Below are positions 1 through 14,800 of a stretch of DNA of 64,000 nt, in pieces. The notes beneath the pieces were generated by a model. That model worked only from the letters and a program-made list of their open reading frames with translations, was not told where the DNA came from and made no database searches. Source of the stretch: Callorhinchus milii (lineage: Eukaryota). A program made the position numbers and the translations under genes. Position 1 is the stretch's first letter. Each line of letters begins with the position of its first letter. The stretch lies in assembly GCF_018977255.1 (NCBI RefSeq), contig NW_024704742.1, forward strand, positions 124,560,001 through 124,624,000. Reading direction: 5' to 3'.

Positions 1-2682
1 GATTTTTGTTCTTATAGTTTACATTTTTTTAAAAGATTGTTTTCCCAGGAAGATATTATTTGGCAGAACATTTGCTACAGCAATGTTTACATCTGGATTT
101 TATACATTCTTTAATGCCTGTTCCCAGAGCTGGGTTTGAACTTAATTTTTTTAAAAGATGAACTTTTATGCATTAAAAAAAGTTTTTATAGAATCCTATT
201 GTCCTCCTCAAAATTAAAAGTTGTTTCTTATGCATCTATGAACTGGAGTTTGTTTATATCCCACACATGCTTGTGGTTTGTTTTGGCTGTGATTCACTAA
301 CAGTAAATGACAGTGATGTCCCTTTTATAAGTGATTGTAGATTGTAGGCACAAGAACTGAGAACAGCAAAGTCCTTCTGTAATGCACCTTGGGTGCTAAA
401 GCTAATTTTTTAAAATACATTCGTCAATGATTCCTAGCTTTAAGATTGAAACATCTGAGTGAGACATTCCTTTCGCTGCCAAATAGATTGACGGCGTGCG
501 CTTAATGTGTGCTAAAAGAAAAGTGGCTACACTGAGCTGCAAGAGAAATATTATCCTTTATTTTTGGATGTAATACAAAAATAATATTTTTGCAGCACAT
601 CCTACTGGAGGTTTAGCACAGGTACATTTAGTGATTTTTTGTGATAACTGTCTTTTATTTGTTCCACTATCTCCCCAGTATAGCAGAATCAAATGATGCT
701 GTCAAAACAAATACGTTTGATCTGTTATTGAAAAAACAAGGAAATTGCAACTAATTACTTTTTTCCTTCTCGCTCTTGCCAATTTTCTTTATCCCGAAAG
801 ATATTTTGTAAAATGGGGAGGAGGACAGCATGGATTTCAAGCTTCCTCACTGGGTAATGGCCTAAAAATAACACTAACATTTTAAAAAAAGTTTTAATGC
901 CTAAAATTGAAAAATGTTATGTTCTTGTACATTTAGTTTTTTTAAAAAGTCTTGATTCAGTGCAAGCAAGGCATGGTTGGAAGCCAAGCTGCTCCAGAAA
1001 ACAGAGCTGTTATTCAGCCCCAAACCACTAAGTATTGGGTAAAAATGACTGCAATTTCTGAATTTTATGAGAATTCATCTCTGTTGATAGACATCTCATC
1101 ACATACACAATTTATCCTCTCCCTTTAGTCCGTACTGATTTTCCATTATGCCTCTGCAACAGTTCCCTCTTGTGGTCAAAGTGCACACGTGCTCATGTGT
1201 TTGAGGTAAACACGATACTGTATGTTTTGGCCTCATAATAACAATCTTTACATTTGATATAACGTCTTTCTCACGAGAAGGACGTCTAAATTCACTGTAA
1301 GTTGTAGTACCTGTTCATTTTGTAGGGCTTTAGGGAAAAGAAAGTCTGCACCTTGGTATGCAGTGCAAAAAGCATTTGGTACCTCACTGCCCTTTTTAAT
1401 TGAGACTTTACTCTGAAATCAGATCTATTCCATCTGCGTAATATATGTGTAATATAATCCTGTTTTGAGGGTTTATTTCCCCCCAGATTTCCTTCATATT
1501 ATACCTTACAATGGTCTACACCAGCAAGTCACAAACAGCAATCAGATTGATTTAGATCACAGTCCCAAAGTCTAATCAGTGGTGAATCAAGTGAAACATT
1601 CGCAACAAACTGATGTGTAGTAAGGTGGCACAGCATGCCTGATCACCATCACCAGTGTGCGCTTTCCAATGGTAGAATACAGGCTTGTGCTCATGAATCC
1701 CACCTGGTGAGTTATTGACCCCAAGCAATCTATTGTGATGAATGTGGGCAGTAGGGGGGGCAGCCACTCACTCACAGGGAGGGACGCTTAATCTGCAGGA
1801 TAGTCAGCCCTGGCCTGTCTCATGCTGGTCATAGTGTAGAAGAGGACAAAAGGCAGATATATTGATTGAAAAGTTATCTTAAATCCAAGGTCAGCAACCA
1901 AATGTCCCTTTGAAGTGCAACAACACTATCAGCTGAATCAAGATTAAGCCCAAGAAAGTTAAACATCTTCTTAATCTGGAAACCACAGAATAAAATACGG
2001 CCCTCATTGACACAAGTGATTGTGCTCACAAAACCTTTCTCAAGGAATTAGCTAGCGTCTAGTCTCATCTATTTCAAGTATTCCTGTAAACAAAAATTGT
2101 CTAATCTGGGTGGAGAGCAGCAAATCATGAATCTATTGACAAGAAGGGGGCAGAGTCAGATCCCAATAAACAAAGATCAGAGACCCCAAATTCCTCATGA
2201 TTTTAGCTCTTTCTTAGCCTAAATCATGCAAAATTTTGGAAATTTCTCAAATTCAATCTTAATTTCGAAGGTGATTTTCTGCAGTTCTTAAAAAGTAAAC
2301 ATTTCTTTACACAAAGGTCATGAACATACTGAAAGCAATGCCCCCAGACCAAACATGTAGAATTGATTGAATGTTTGTAAGGGAGATGAAGAAACATTTG
2401 GGAAGGATATTGAGGGTTATGGAGAAACATTAGGGAAATGGGATTAAAATGATCAAGATTTGCTTTATATTTTATACAGTAAATTCAACACCCTGAATGG
2501 TATAATTCCTATTCCCTTAGCAGTTTATACTGAGGTGATTAATTCATTCAAAAAGGAGTTTGATAGATATTTGGTTGGGAACATAATTGAAGGATATGGA
2601 CTGAGATGATCAAATGTCTCATGGCACATGATAATTCATAGAGAGGAAGCGAATGGTGGGAGATGTTCTTTGCAATAACAAT

Positions 2683-3012
2683 AAAATAATCATTGTTGGA
2701 TTTGATAGAGTGCCTTATCACATCTTCAAGATGTCTCAAAGCGCTTCACAGAATATACTGTAAAGTGAATTGACTGTACACTTTGTGGGCGAAACGTGGC
2801 AGCCAATTGCACACAGCAGTGTCCCACAAATAGTCATGGATTGAGTGATCAAATTATTATTTTTTTAAGGAATAATTACCCCTGGAAAAGCGATCCACCA
2901 ATCAACTAACAACCTTGTTTCTACTTACTGCTAGGTAAACAGAGGCATGTGGAGTAAGGAAATTTGCCCAACATTTCGCCCTGCCAGGAATCGAACCCAG
3001 GTCTCTCGCTTG
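2683..3012 (-). mobile_element. tRNA-derived SINE family A
   Basis: Shared core gcgcttcacagaatatactgtaaagtgaattgactg and head ggaatcgaacccaggtctctcgc. Confidence 0.85.
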
Positions 3013-3825
3013 TGAAGTTTAATGTGGAGAAATGTGAAGTGATGCATTTTGGGAGGAAGAATGAGGAGAGGCAATATAAGCTGATGGTACAATCTTAAAG
3101 GGGATGAAGGAGCAGAGAGACCTGGGGGTTCATATAAGCAAATCTTTGAAGGTGACAGGACAGGTAGATAAAGCTGTTGAAAAAGCATACGGGATACTAG
3201 GCTTTATAAATAGGGGCATAGAATATATAAATCAGGAAGTTATGATGAACCTTTATAAACACTGGTTAGGCCTCAGCTAAAGTACTGTGTTCAGTTCTGG
3301 GCACCAGACTTTAGGAAGGAAGTCAAGGCATTGGAGAGTGTGCAAAGGGGATTTACCAGGATGGTACCAGGAATGAGGGACTTCAGCTGTCAGGAGAGGC
3401 GAGAGAAGCTGGGATTACTCTCCTTGGAGAAGAGAAGGCTAAGGAGAGACTTAATAGAAGTTTTCAAAATTAGGAGGGGATTCGATAGGGTGAACAAGGA
3501 GAAACTATTTCCATTGGCGGGTGGCTTGGTAACCCGAGGACACCAATTTAAAATAGTTGTTAAAAGAACCAGAGGGGAGGTGAGGAGAAATTTTTTCACA
3601 CAGTGAGTTGTTCGGATCTGGAATGCATTGCCTGAAAGGGGGATGGAAGCCGATTTGATAACAACTTTTAAGAGAAAAGTAGATAATTAATTGGGGAGGG
3701 CACGTTTGCAGCTATGGGCAGAATGGGGGAGTGGGATTGAGTGGGATTGATTTGGATAACTCTTTTCAAAGAGCCAACACAGCCAAATGGGCCCCTCTCT
3801 GCTGTATAATTCTATGATTTTATGT
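3013..3825 (+). mobile_element. CR1-type LINE 3' fragment (RT C-terminus and 3' UTR)
   Basis: ORF 3331-3606 ESVQRGFTRMVPGMR...LGLLSLEKRRLRRDLIEVFKI...RNFFTQ is the typical CR1 C-terminal segment. Confidence 0.92.
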
Positions 3826-5277
3826 AAGTAGCGTAGATGTGAAAATATTCTTTCATTTTACTTGGTTATTTCTGAGGAAGTATCTCTTCAGAAATTTTCC
3901 TCAGGAGATTAAAAGGGTAGGTGGAATCTTTTACTGGATATATTGTGCAAAGCTTATATTAGGAGCAGGCTGCCTGGAATGTAGAAATACCATTTGTTCA
4001 ACCAAAGCTGCTCGAGCATGTGGTAGGTTATGGGAAATTTCTGACTTAGGGTTTTTCCAAGCTTTCTGTGCTTACAGAAACCACCTGGGTCAAATTTGTG
4101 AGACATCTGTTCTCTTACAATTGACTCTAGTTACACCCTATTATTTTGTTAAGTTAAGCTACATAATATTATATATAAGCACATAGAAAGTCAATGACCT
4201 GGAGAGGGAAAATGGAGAAAAAGTGCTGTTGGAGAAAAAATATTAGAATCCTGCAAAAATACAAAATTATCTTTCTGTCCTGCTCTTTGAAATTAAATAT
4301 CCCCAAATTAAACAGTGTAAGAAACAAAAATAAAACTTTCATCAAATTACAGTAAAGAAGAGAGTAATGCAGCCACCTCAATAGCCAGTCTAACCCTAAT
4401 AATCACAGTGAGCAGGAATTGGAAGTAAGTGTATTAGAATATTGCTTCTGAAGTATAGGCCCAGGAAATAATAAATATAACACAACACATAATAAGTATA
4501 ACATTTGATAAAGGACCTTTGGAAGAACATCCCAAAGCGCTTCTCAAGATTCACTGTAAAGTGTTGTGACTGTGTATTTTTGTAGGCGTCATTGCATCCT
4601 AATGACACTTAACTTCACCATTTGCTCCTAGATTTAATAATTGTAATGTCAATTTAAATAATGAATTCCACAAGTCCACAATAACCCCTTTTTGCTGTTC
4701 AAAGTGAGGAATGTCAGTTCTATACACTTTTTTGCACCCAGTGTCATCATCAAACTCGCAGGTCAGAGAGAGCAATGGCAAATTGCTGATTATTCCCCCT
4801 TCTACACTACTTAAATGTGTGCTCTAATTGAAACCACAGGAAGGTTTCAATAATAATCCTTGCATTTAATAATAATCATTGCATTTGATATAGTGCCTTA
4901 TCACGTCTTCGAGACATCTCAAAGCTCTTCACTGAATATACTGTAAAGTGAATTGACTGCATATTTTGTGCACGAAACATGGCAATCAATTGCGTACAGC
5001 AGTGTCCCAGAAACAGTCGTGGTTGAGTGACCAAATTATTGGTCTGGTTTGATATCAATCACTGTACTGGTTTGATATTTGAATCTCCTGAATTATTACA
5101 GCTTCCCTGAAATTGGCCCACACATTATGAACTAAGTTGAAATGGCTGAACGAGAAAGACTGAGGAGTTGATCCTCCAAAGCTCAGCCAATGTATTGACA
5201 AGGGAGTATGAATGCATAATGGAAATTCCTGTCTTAAACTGCTACGGTCAGAAGATTTTATCAACAAGTTGAGCATC

Positions 5278-5500
5278 AGAGGTCTAAAATTAGTCTTAAG
5301 ACCATTGCCCTAAAATTTTAAATTGTACAGGATTTTGAATCTTAACTTGAAAGCTGTTTCTCTGACGTTCTTGAAAAAAATCTGTGGAAAACTGACTTCC
5401 AAATTAAGACTTGAAATTAAACATTTTCCAAAATACTGCACAATCTGAAATTTTATGTCATTGTCCTTAAGGTCTGGACCATGAGGCATTTCGGGTCTCT
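5278..5500. mobile_element. Old palindromic MITE-like element (related pieces near 2180-2300, 13245-13360, 18915-19050, 46830-46955)
   Basis: Arms taaaattttaaattgtacaggattttg and caaaatactgcacaatctgaaatttta are near reverse complements; shared core tcagtcttaa.ttgaa...ttttctg. Confidence 0.55.
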
Positions 5501-5699
5501 GGTGTCTTTGTCCACCAATGATCATTGTAGAATTAGTCGCTGAATACATAAATGAGAGAGAGGTTTTCATTCCATTGATTAAGGTTGGACCCAAATCCTA
5601 GAGACAGAAGAAAAACACGGGTATTTACTGTTCCCCAGCACTCAGACTGTTAAAAAGGTGCACGGCCACTGCATTGACCAAAATAAAATAATTACCAAC

Positions 5700-5816
5700 C
5701 CTCATTCCTTCCCAACGAGATATAGCTCGCAGAGGCCTCAAAGCACGTAATGTCCTGAGGGATCGCAGTGATTTGAAGGCTTGTATTCTGTTTCCTAACA
5801 TGCTGAGCCACCCTAT
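5700..5816 (-). CDS. Channel exon 19, DIII S4 ([39 protein letters not shown])
   Basis: [12 protein letters not shown] motif; tttctcttctag acceptor, AGG|gttggt donor; not in ORF track. Confidence 0.97.
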
Positions 5817-8800
5817 CTAGAAGAGAAAAACACAAAATAATGAAAATGATAGCAGAGTGCACAAATTAATTCCATGGGACGATTGGTAAGAAAACTGAAA
5901 TAACAGATGCCAAAGATGTGAAAAATAATTGGAAGTCTTGTTTCTAGTTGATAGTAAGTTGCAATGTGAATGCATGTTTTGCAAATACAATACTAGTCTG
6001 AAGTTCAAAATAACCCATCCGCAGCAAAAAAGAGTTTCCATTTGAACTTTTTGGATGTAAATGGGTAAAGCATTTAGAAATCATGTCCTACCTTTTAAAT
6101 ATACTTATGATATTTTTGAAATACAATAATAACCCTTGCATTTATAGAGAACCTCTCACATCAGGAAGAGGTCTTACAGTGCTTCACAGGATTTTAATGT
6201 AAAGTGTAGTGTCTTTGTATTTTGTTTTATTTTGTTTGTCTAAAAATCTGACCCCATCGGGTTTGAACTCGGTGCTACCAATTTCTGGAGAGTGTTGGGA
6301 GATTTTAAAACAATGGGGTGAAAAATAAAGTTAGGATCAGTTACAATAACACTACATACCCAATTTTTCACCCCAATGTTTGAAAAAAAATTCTCTTTGA
6401 TGAAGCAAAAGGGCATCAATATTGTTGGGTAATGTGATCTATTGCCATCAATGTGGTACAGTGCTGGGTCTGAGCAATATTGTTCCAAAGATGTGATTAC
6501 TGTAGGCTGTCTCTACTTAACAACTGCTTTTATGCACCACTATTCTATCCATTTGATTGCAAAACTATTTTTATACTGTGAAGTCTTAGTTATCCATCGT
6601 TACGCGTATCTGTTACTGTGAAAAAAACAGAAGGCGTGAAGCGTAAAAAACAAATTTAGAGATCTTCAATTTTTCTGGGTAAGATCTGTGAATGTTAATC
6701 TTTTTTTCTCTTGATATTTGGTTAGGTACGATAAATTCAAAAAGGAAGTTTGGACCACTGAATGTAGCATCATGCATTGGTGTAACTGGGTCACTTTATA
6801 AGAAGCTTTCCACTTTGTTACACACAGGGGAACATTGAGTGAAGGAGAGGCATTTTTTATGTGATCTGGAATTTACCTTCCAGATACCATGTAAATCTCC
6901 TGGAAGATGGTTTTGGCAACCCTGACAGAAGCTAGAAAAGAGGTTGCCTTTCTTAACTGTGGGCATGTCCTGTGCTTGTTTTGTTGGGTGGGAGGGAGGA
7001 CGGAGATACAAGAGAGTAGAAGGAAATAATTTGAAGATGGAGAAAATTTTTTATCAAAAGTGAAACGCCAAAAAAGTCAATATTATTAAAGAAATGTTAT
7101 TCAAATTATGATCACCAGGTAACAGATGAGTCACAATGTGATATGATACTCAATCAATAAGCTTATCTGGTTGAATAATGTAGAAGATGTAAGCATTTCA
7201 TATCTTTGGTTTCTCACGTTGTTTAAATGTGATATTGTATCAGGACCTACCCAGATGACAATCTATTTATAATGTTATTTGTAAAGATTTAAAAAAAAGA
7301 ATCCTCTATATAGAAATACATTATGGTCCAACCTTATGTTTATTTGATGCTTCAAGCCTGTGTGCTATAATTTTGTGCAGTAATTTGTTCAGTTTATTGT
7401 CAATTCCAGGCTGGTTCCCATATTTCTTTTCAAATAGCTTCTACTATTTCTCGAGTTTGGTAGTTTTACATTTTATTTTCACATTTTTAAATTGACATAA
7501 ATGTCTCAGGATTGACATAATTGTATTAATATTTATTCTTGTTTTAAACTCAAATTTGATTCCTGAGGAGAGTGCCAGGAAAAGTGAAACTTGATCAAAA
7601 GGTATCACGGCTTGTGACAGTGAAACATATAGACTGGTGTACAAATGTCAGCACAATGTGATTAGTGCATGGCTCTGAAGACCTGTACAAAGAGGTGTAG
7701 ATTATATTTCTATGTCACATAAAGGTAAAGTACTAATCCTAATAGTATAAACAATTAAAAGTACAGTCATCACTTTCTACTGATTAGTTTCAGGAAGTGA
7801 GGAAAATCTCTTTATGTTCAGCCAACGGTTAAGAATGCTGCCTTTACAAAACTATAATACATATAAAATAAACAGCCTCATTCCTGTCAGTATGGTGGTG
7901 CAGTACGTTAGTTGGGGTACTGAATTGCTGTGCCAATGCACCGCAAAATGTTGTGGCAATAGAGAGATTGCTACTGTGTCCTCCCACATTGTGAATACCT
8001 GACCTTGCTTGGGTCATTAGAGGGAGATCAGGCCTTCCTCCACAGGGAGGGAAAAACTAATCATCAACTCTTGACTGCCATTCGCCTCTAAATGATTGGA
8101 AACAAGTTCCATGTCCGCTCACTCTCTAATCTGGGGAAGAGTGTGAAATGCTTGGGGCCAAAGGAGGGGCAAAAATAGGTAAAACAAGAGAGGGGAGGCT
8201 GCAAAGAATTAAGTAATTAAAGAAGAAAAATGCTCTCATGGAGGATGTTCTTGATCAAAATAATTTCACTGGACTTCACAATAGTTCAGTTTACACAGAG
8301 TTAAACATCTGTCTTGAATGAGACAGTGCACTGTTGTGGCTATACTGCTGATCCACAAAATGTATATCAGGTGCTTCCTAGGACAATTTGCTACTTCAAA
8401 CAGATCTTACACAGTTTACATCTGCTAATAAATACATTACCCTGTAAGTACTGAATAAATTCCCTTCAACCAAGCAACCAGCACCTGAACTCTGTTATTT
8501 TGAAATGGTTCACATGTGCACGAGCTGAACGTTCTAAGCTTAAGAAACATGATCTAAGTAGTTACACTTGGAGTAAAAAGAAATGATCTGTAACATCCGT
8601 GAAAAGGTAAGCATCTTTAATATTACTCTCTGAAAAACGTTACGCCAAAATAAAAAAGCATGTACTCACCACAACAAGAAAAAAATCCAGTAATGTCCAG
8701 ACGTTTGTGAAATAATTTGTTAGGCCGAGACCTAATACCTTAAAAACCATTTCCATGTTGAAAAAGACAGTATAAAAATAATCCAGATTTTGCAGTGCTA

Positions 8801-11800
8801 ACTGGATCTTCACATTAGTGCGGGAATACTTATCATCTAAGGTCTAGAAGAGAGAAAAAAAAATTAAGCAATCCGCAACATTACGCCAACTTTGTGACCA
8901 TCATATTTTTCACATAAATGCGGGTCCAATTTTTACATTTCTTCTTTTGTACACTGACTTGGAATATGTTATATACCTGGTCCTTGGTTTGGCAACCTTG
9001 TTCAAAAAAAACTTCATTGCCTTAAAGAAATAATTGCATTAAAAATTGATCCAACAACAATTTACATTTATGTAGGGCCTTTTGTGTCGGAAAGATGTCT
9101 CAATGTGCAATATTTCATTAAAAGATTAAATGGATGATCCAAGTTGAATTCTGCTTAGAGATGAGCTTGGGTCAATTTTGTGTATTTCTTAATGCAATTT
9201 CTAAGTTAAGAAATCCAGATGTCTGGAACTCATGGCAACAGTGATGAGTACAATTTGATCTATTTTTGGAGCTGGGTTCTCTCAAGTCGGCGTGGTTATC
9301 TCATAAAGTCTCCAATTAAGAAATCCCATTAAGAAACGTAGCAAATTTGATCACAAGACTTGAATTTCAGTCTGAACATTCAGGCTTCCAATGAATGGCA
9401 AATTTCATCATTTACTGGGGAAACAGAGGATATTATAAATCAAAAATGAGTAAAATATTTCATAAGGAGAAATGCAACATTGGAATGGATTAGAAGGGAA
9501 AAGAACATTTGACAAGTTTTTTCATTGGAATGGATTAGAAGGGAAAAGGACACTTGACAAGTTTTTTCCAAACTATTTGCAAACAAAAACATTTTAGTTG
9601 GGCTATGTGCTCCTTAGAAGCAGTGCAATGCAAGAAATGGAGCAGTGCACATCTTCCAACTGTGGCCTGTGATTTGCTTTCCTTTTGGCAGGATTGATAA
9701 AAGCATCACCCGGTGCAACAATAAGTCATTCAGACCAGATGGTTGTAGGTTTGATATGTGTTCTGTGCTGAGTTGGCTGATCTCAACTGGGCCAACAGAT
9801 GCAGCTCTACAACTGGCCTCAATGCCTTTGAGCTAAGAAAAAGGAGGAACTCAAATTGTGTTCCTGCTTTTTATTACTATCGACTGTCCTCCGCTGCCCA
9901 TTAAGAACAAGTTCAGCTCTCTACAGTCTCCACAGTCAAATCTATGTCAGCCTGGCTCAGTTGGTAGCACTCTTGCCTCTGATTTAGAATGTTGTGGGTT
10001 TAAGACCTACATCAGGACTTTGAACTCATAATAATCCAAGCTGATAATAATAATCCAATGCAGTCCCGGGGATGTATTGTATTATTGGAGATGTCGTTCT
10101 TCACATGAGTTGTTAAAACTGAGGTCATGTCTGCCTCAGGTGAATGTTAAAGATCGCATGACTCTACTTGAAAAGTGAAGGGAGTTTCTCTCCGTGTCCT
10201 GGTCAACATTTATTTCATGGCTGTTTGTGAGACATTGCTGGATGCAAATGAGCTGCCCCATTTGTCTTCAAATACACAGTCCTCCATGGTAAATCCTGTG
10301 AAGAGCTATGGGACATCCTCTCAACAGGAAAAGTGCTATATCAAATGCAAGGATTATTATTGTATTATTATTAATAACAGTGATAATTATTATAATAACC
10401 CTTGGAACATTCAATTTTCAATTTGCACGTGACAACTAGCGTGAGTTACTGAAAGACTGCTGGTTCGTATGCAAATTGCAGCCCAGCAAGAGTTAGTGCT
10501 TTCATGAGTGGAGGAGGGAAACAAAGAGCATACATAGAGTTTGTATACAATATGCTCATTGATTCAGCCGTGAATCCGCTGACAATACCAACATGATACC
10601 CATCTTTGATGTGGGTCCAGCTCAAATCAACATTGATTGCACACGTATCATTTGATTTCTATCATGAAACATAGGTCACATTGAGTCTCATCTTAGATGT
10701 AATTCTACTCGCAAACACCACTATAAATGAGGTGCAGTTGATTTGAGTTGCCACCAACGATGCCTCACTAACTATAAAACTACTGCACCTCAGGGTACCT
10801 AGCACAAAAAATGTGCGAGATTGTGGCTGAAAGAAGCAAGACGGCACAGATATTAAAAGAATTTATGGCTGCAATAATTTTTTAATTGAAATTTCTGTTA
10901 CTCAGCTTCAAAGCATTAATGGAGTTCTGATATGTATTGAAAGAAGTTTGGACAAGAATGACTGTATCTTACGCATTATAACAAATCAGACCTTCAAATT
11001 ATAGTGCAAGGAGTTGAATTCTGTCTCTTTGTCTTAGGGGCTGAACTCCGTTTGTGACTGGGATTTACGGGGGCCAAATAATGGAGAACTCATTGACATA
11101 TAAAGAAAAAGTCAAGTGTTTTAATTACTCACTGTTTGATCTGGAGTGAAGTCATGCATTCACACCCACATGCATTCTGCAGTCATTTTACTTTTTTCTG
11201 TTACTACTAATAATAATCCTTGTATTTCATATAGCAGCTTATTACGTTGTTGAGACGTTTCAAAGCGCTTCACAGAATATATTGCAAAGTAGATTGACTG
11301 CATATTTTGTGGACGAAATAATAAATTTACAATGAGATGGTTTAATGTGTCCTAACTCCAAAAGAGTGCAATAGAGAGACTACGACAATTCTCTATGTGA
11401 TGAATTGCCAACCTAAGCTGCACTCTGAGAGCCTATGAGAAGCAGTGGCCAGTGGTTGTCACATTGAAAGGAAGGACAAATTGGAAGGAGTGCTCTGTGG
11501 TCACTCCAAATGGCTGATAGTTACTGGCTATGTGATAACAATAGTCAACAACAACAATAACTTGTATTTATATAGTACACTACAAGCAGGGTAGCATCTC
11601 AGAGCACTTGGTCAATAACAATAATAATAATAATCCTTGCATTTGATAGAGCTGGGAGCAGGTTGCCTGTCCTCCAGCCACCCTAGGGCTCTGTAAAGAT
11701 TCTTACAAGTTACAGCACAGAAGGAGGCCATTTGTCTCACTGAGTCCAGGTCAGTCTCCATTCCAAGGAGAGGTTTGGATGAAGAAGGTCCCTCATCCCA

Positions 11801-14800
11801 ATTGATTTCACCCATCCACAATATTAAGCTCTGTGAGATGCTGGCACCTGTGAAGGGCGCTATATAAATGCAAGTGGCTGTTGTCACCGGTCGGGCCTTC
11901 AGCTTCTCTGCCCCACCCTTTGGAGCTCCATCCCCCAGTGCCTTTGTCTTACTCCCTTCCTTGCCTTCTTCAAAACATATCTCAAAACTCTCCAATTCGA
12001 CTGCACATTCGACCACCCTCCTACCAGTAACCTGCCCTCCAACCCCTGATCCCAACCCCCTGCTTGGGTCCAAATCTCTGACTGTCCAGTGCCTTAGGAC
12101 GTCCAAATGTAATTTATTGTGGTTGTTGTATTCATCCTACCACCACAGGATCATTTTTTTTAAAGAGTGTCCTGGCCTCAACCACCCTTGCTTATTACGT
12201 GCTCCAGTTGTTAATTACCCTGCAGGTAAAGAAATACTTCCTGGTGTCTGTCTTGAAATTGCCCTTTTTGCAACTCTCAACTCAATTCCTGTAGGTCCGC
12301 TATCTTGGTGCATCTAAAAGTATTGTTTTGAATTTGCTTTTGAATCCCATTTAAAATTGTATACAATTCTATCAGGTCCCCTCTGAGATGTCTCCTTTCA
12401 AGACTGAAGATCCCTATCTTATCTAATTGTTCTTTGAGGCTCATTCCTCTAACATTGGAGCTCAGCCTCACCTTTCTCCTCTTCACTGCCTTTAGGTCCG
12501 GGCAGAGACCTTATGTCACAGTGACAATGCAGTACTCTAAGTGCAGACTGTCCGTTCAGTATACTGTACAACTTGAGTATAACTTTTGGGATCTGGACAG
12601 AACTAATTTGGCAATATAGCTGAGCATCATGTCTGCCTTGTTTATTATTATTGTTAATTAAGTTGTTCATGTATTATTAATTCTGCTTCAACCATGGCTT
12701 TAATACGGGAGGCCTGGAAAAGGGAAATGAAGGAAAACGGATAGTTTTAAACTCATCAATACAGAATATTTTGTTTCTTTCTATTGGAATAATGAATTGC
12801 TTCTCAGACTGTTACTATTTTGTCCCCTGGTCGTACGTTGCCTGTTCCAGATTTACATAAGAACATAGGAATGTGCAGGACTGGTGCATCTGGACAGTTA
12901 AAAAAATCCTCTACTCAATCTCTCATAGCCTTCGGTAGATTTCTTCGCCAAATAGTTATCTAATTCCCTCGAATTTGTTGACAAAAACTGCCTCCATCAA
13001 TCTGCCTCCCTGGGTAATCCATTCCTCATATTCACCACTCTTTGTGCAAAGCAGATAGAGTTTAAATTGTTCACCACCCCTCTTCAGAGAGTTATGAGTC
13101 CACGCCATCTTTTTTTGCTAAACGTGTGAATACGATGAACATATTCATGAGCCAAAATTGCGGTATTCATCAATACATTATGGGGGAGAAATTCCACTTA
13201 GTCCTACATTTACTATTTTTATAAAGCAATTTAGTGCAGAACATGGTAAATTGTTGATTTCAGTCTTAACTATGAAACCAGTTTTCTGTGGTTCTTAAAA
13301 GGACTTCGGCCTCAAAATTAAGACTGTATTTACAAATTTGTCAAATTCTGGTCACTGAAATCCATATCTTTAAATTCAAATGGACATTCTCTCCATGTGT
13401 TCATTAAACAATTATAATTTGGTCACTCAACCACGACTGTTTGTGGGACACTGCTGTGCACAATTGGCTGCCGAGTTTTGCACACAAAATATCATCAATT
13501 CACTTTACAATATATTCTGTGAGGCGCTTTGAGACCGCTCGAAGACGTGAAAAGCGCTATGTCAAATGCAAGAATCATTATTATTAAAGAATGAAATTAA
13601 AATGCATTTTGAAATAAGAAATACAAATAATGCTTGATATAGTGCCTTATCATTTATTAAAACATCTCAAAGTGAGCGTGGTGACTTCATCTCATAGGTA
13701 AATGTAGCAACCGATATGTACGCAGCAATGTCTCACAGTCAGCAATGAAGTGATTGTCTTTTATCCTGGGGAGTTACTGGTCAGGACACTGGAGAAACTC
13801 CTATGCTGTTCTTTTCGAATACTTGCTAAATCTTTAACACTGAATCTAACAAGCCCACCTGAAGAGTCAGATAGAACCTTGGTTTAATGTCTCATTTGAA
13901 GGACAGCACCTGCAACAATACAAGCTCCACCAGTGCTGTAGTGGAGTGTCAGCCTAGACTATGAACTCAAAGTTTCGATGATGGGCTTGAATCCACAACC
14001 TTCTGACTCAGAGGCGAAAGTGCTGCTAACTGAGCCTGTCAGTTTATTGCACTCACTAGGGACCAGGGAGCAATGGAAAAGTTTGGGCCCATTCTAGAGC
14101 AAAGCAATAGCTAATGTTGGGAATAGTGTATTTGTTATTATATTGCTTCAGAATTAGGAGGAGGTTCAAGATTGACTGATAAATTGCAAATTAAAGTCAG
14201 ATTGTGGTGAGGGATAAAAATGGGTTGTACGGCAGGAAATTCAATTTAATTTCTAAAATAATATCAACATGTGTGTACACATCACTGGCACTTTCATTCA
14301 GATAAATACCATACAGTAATATAACAAAAACAACAACAATTTACATTTATATAGTTTCTTTCATATTGGAAGCACATCTCAAAGTGCTTCACACAGCTGA
14401 CTGGGAGCCTGAGCTGGGCAGAAGGTGGGGAGCTGAGGAGGGTAGGGAAGAGGGGGCTAAAGGTCACCAAAAGTGCAGTAAAAAAAAAGGTCTTGAGGCA
14501 GGCTTTAAAGGTGTAAAGCGGTGGGAGGGTGTTGACACAGCAATGTCCCGCAAACAGTCGTGGGACAATTTTTTTNAAGAGGTATTATTGTCCCCGGAAA
14601 GCGATCCACCAAATCGACTAACAACCAGATTCCTGCTAGGTAAACAGAGGTGTGTGGAGTAAGGAGACTTGCCTAAGGTTTTGCCCCATATATAAATCCA
14701 AGTTGTTGTGGTTATAAGTGTTGGAGACAACAAAGGCTTTTGTTTGAACATATTACTTACCAGTGTTACTGTGCTGAGAAGTATAACAAAAAGGACGGCT

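Noticed and set aside
1..5699. Searched for the DIII S5/pore exon carrying the decisive K/E filter residue
   Set aside because: No matching sequence found; presumed to lie beyond the window, so DEEA is not claimed
14576..14576. Single N base
   Set aside because: Assembly ambiguity inside an intronic SINE relic; no effect on exons
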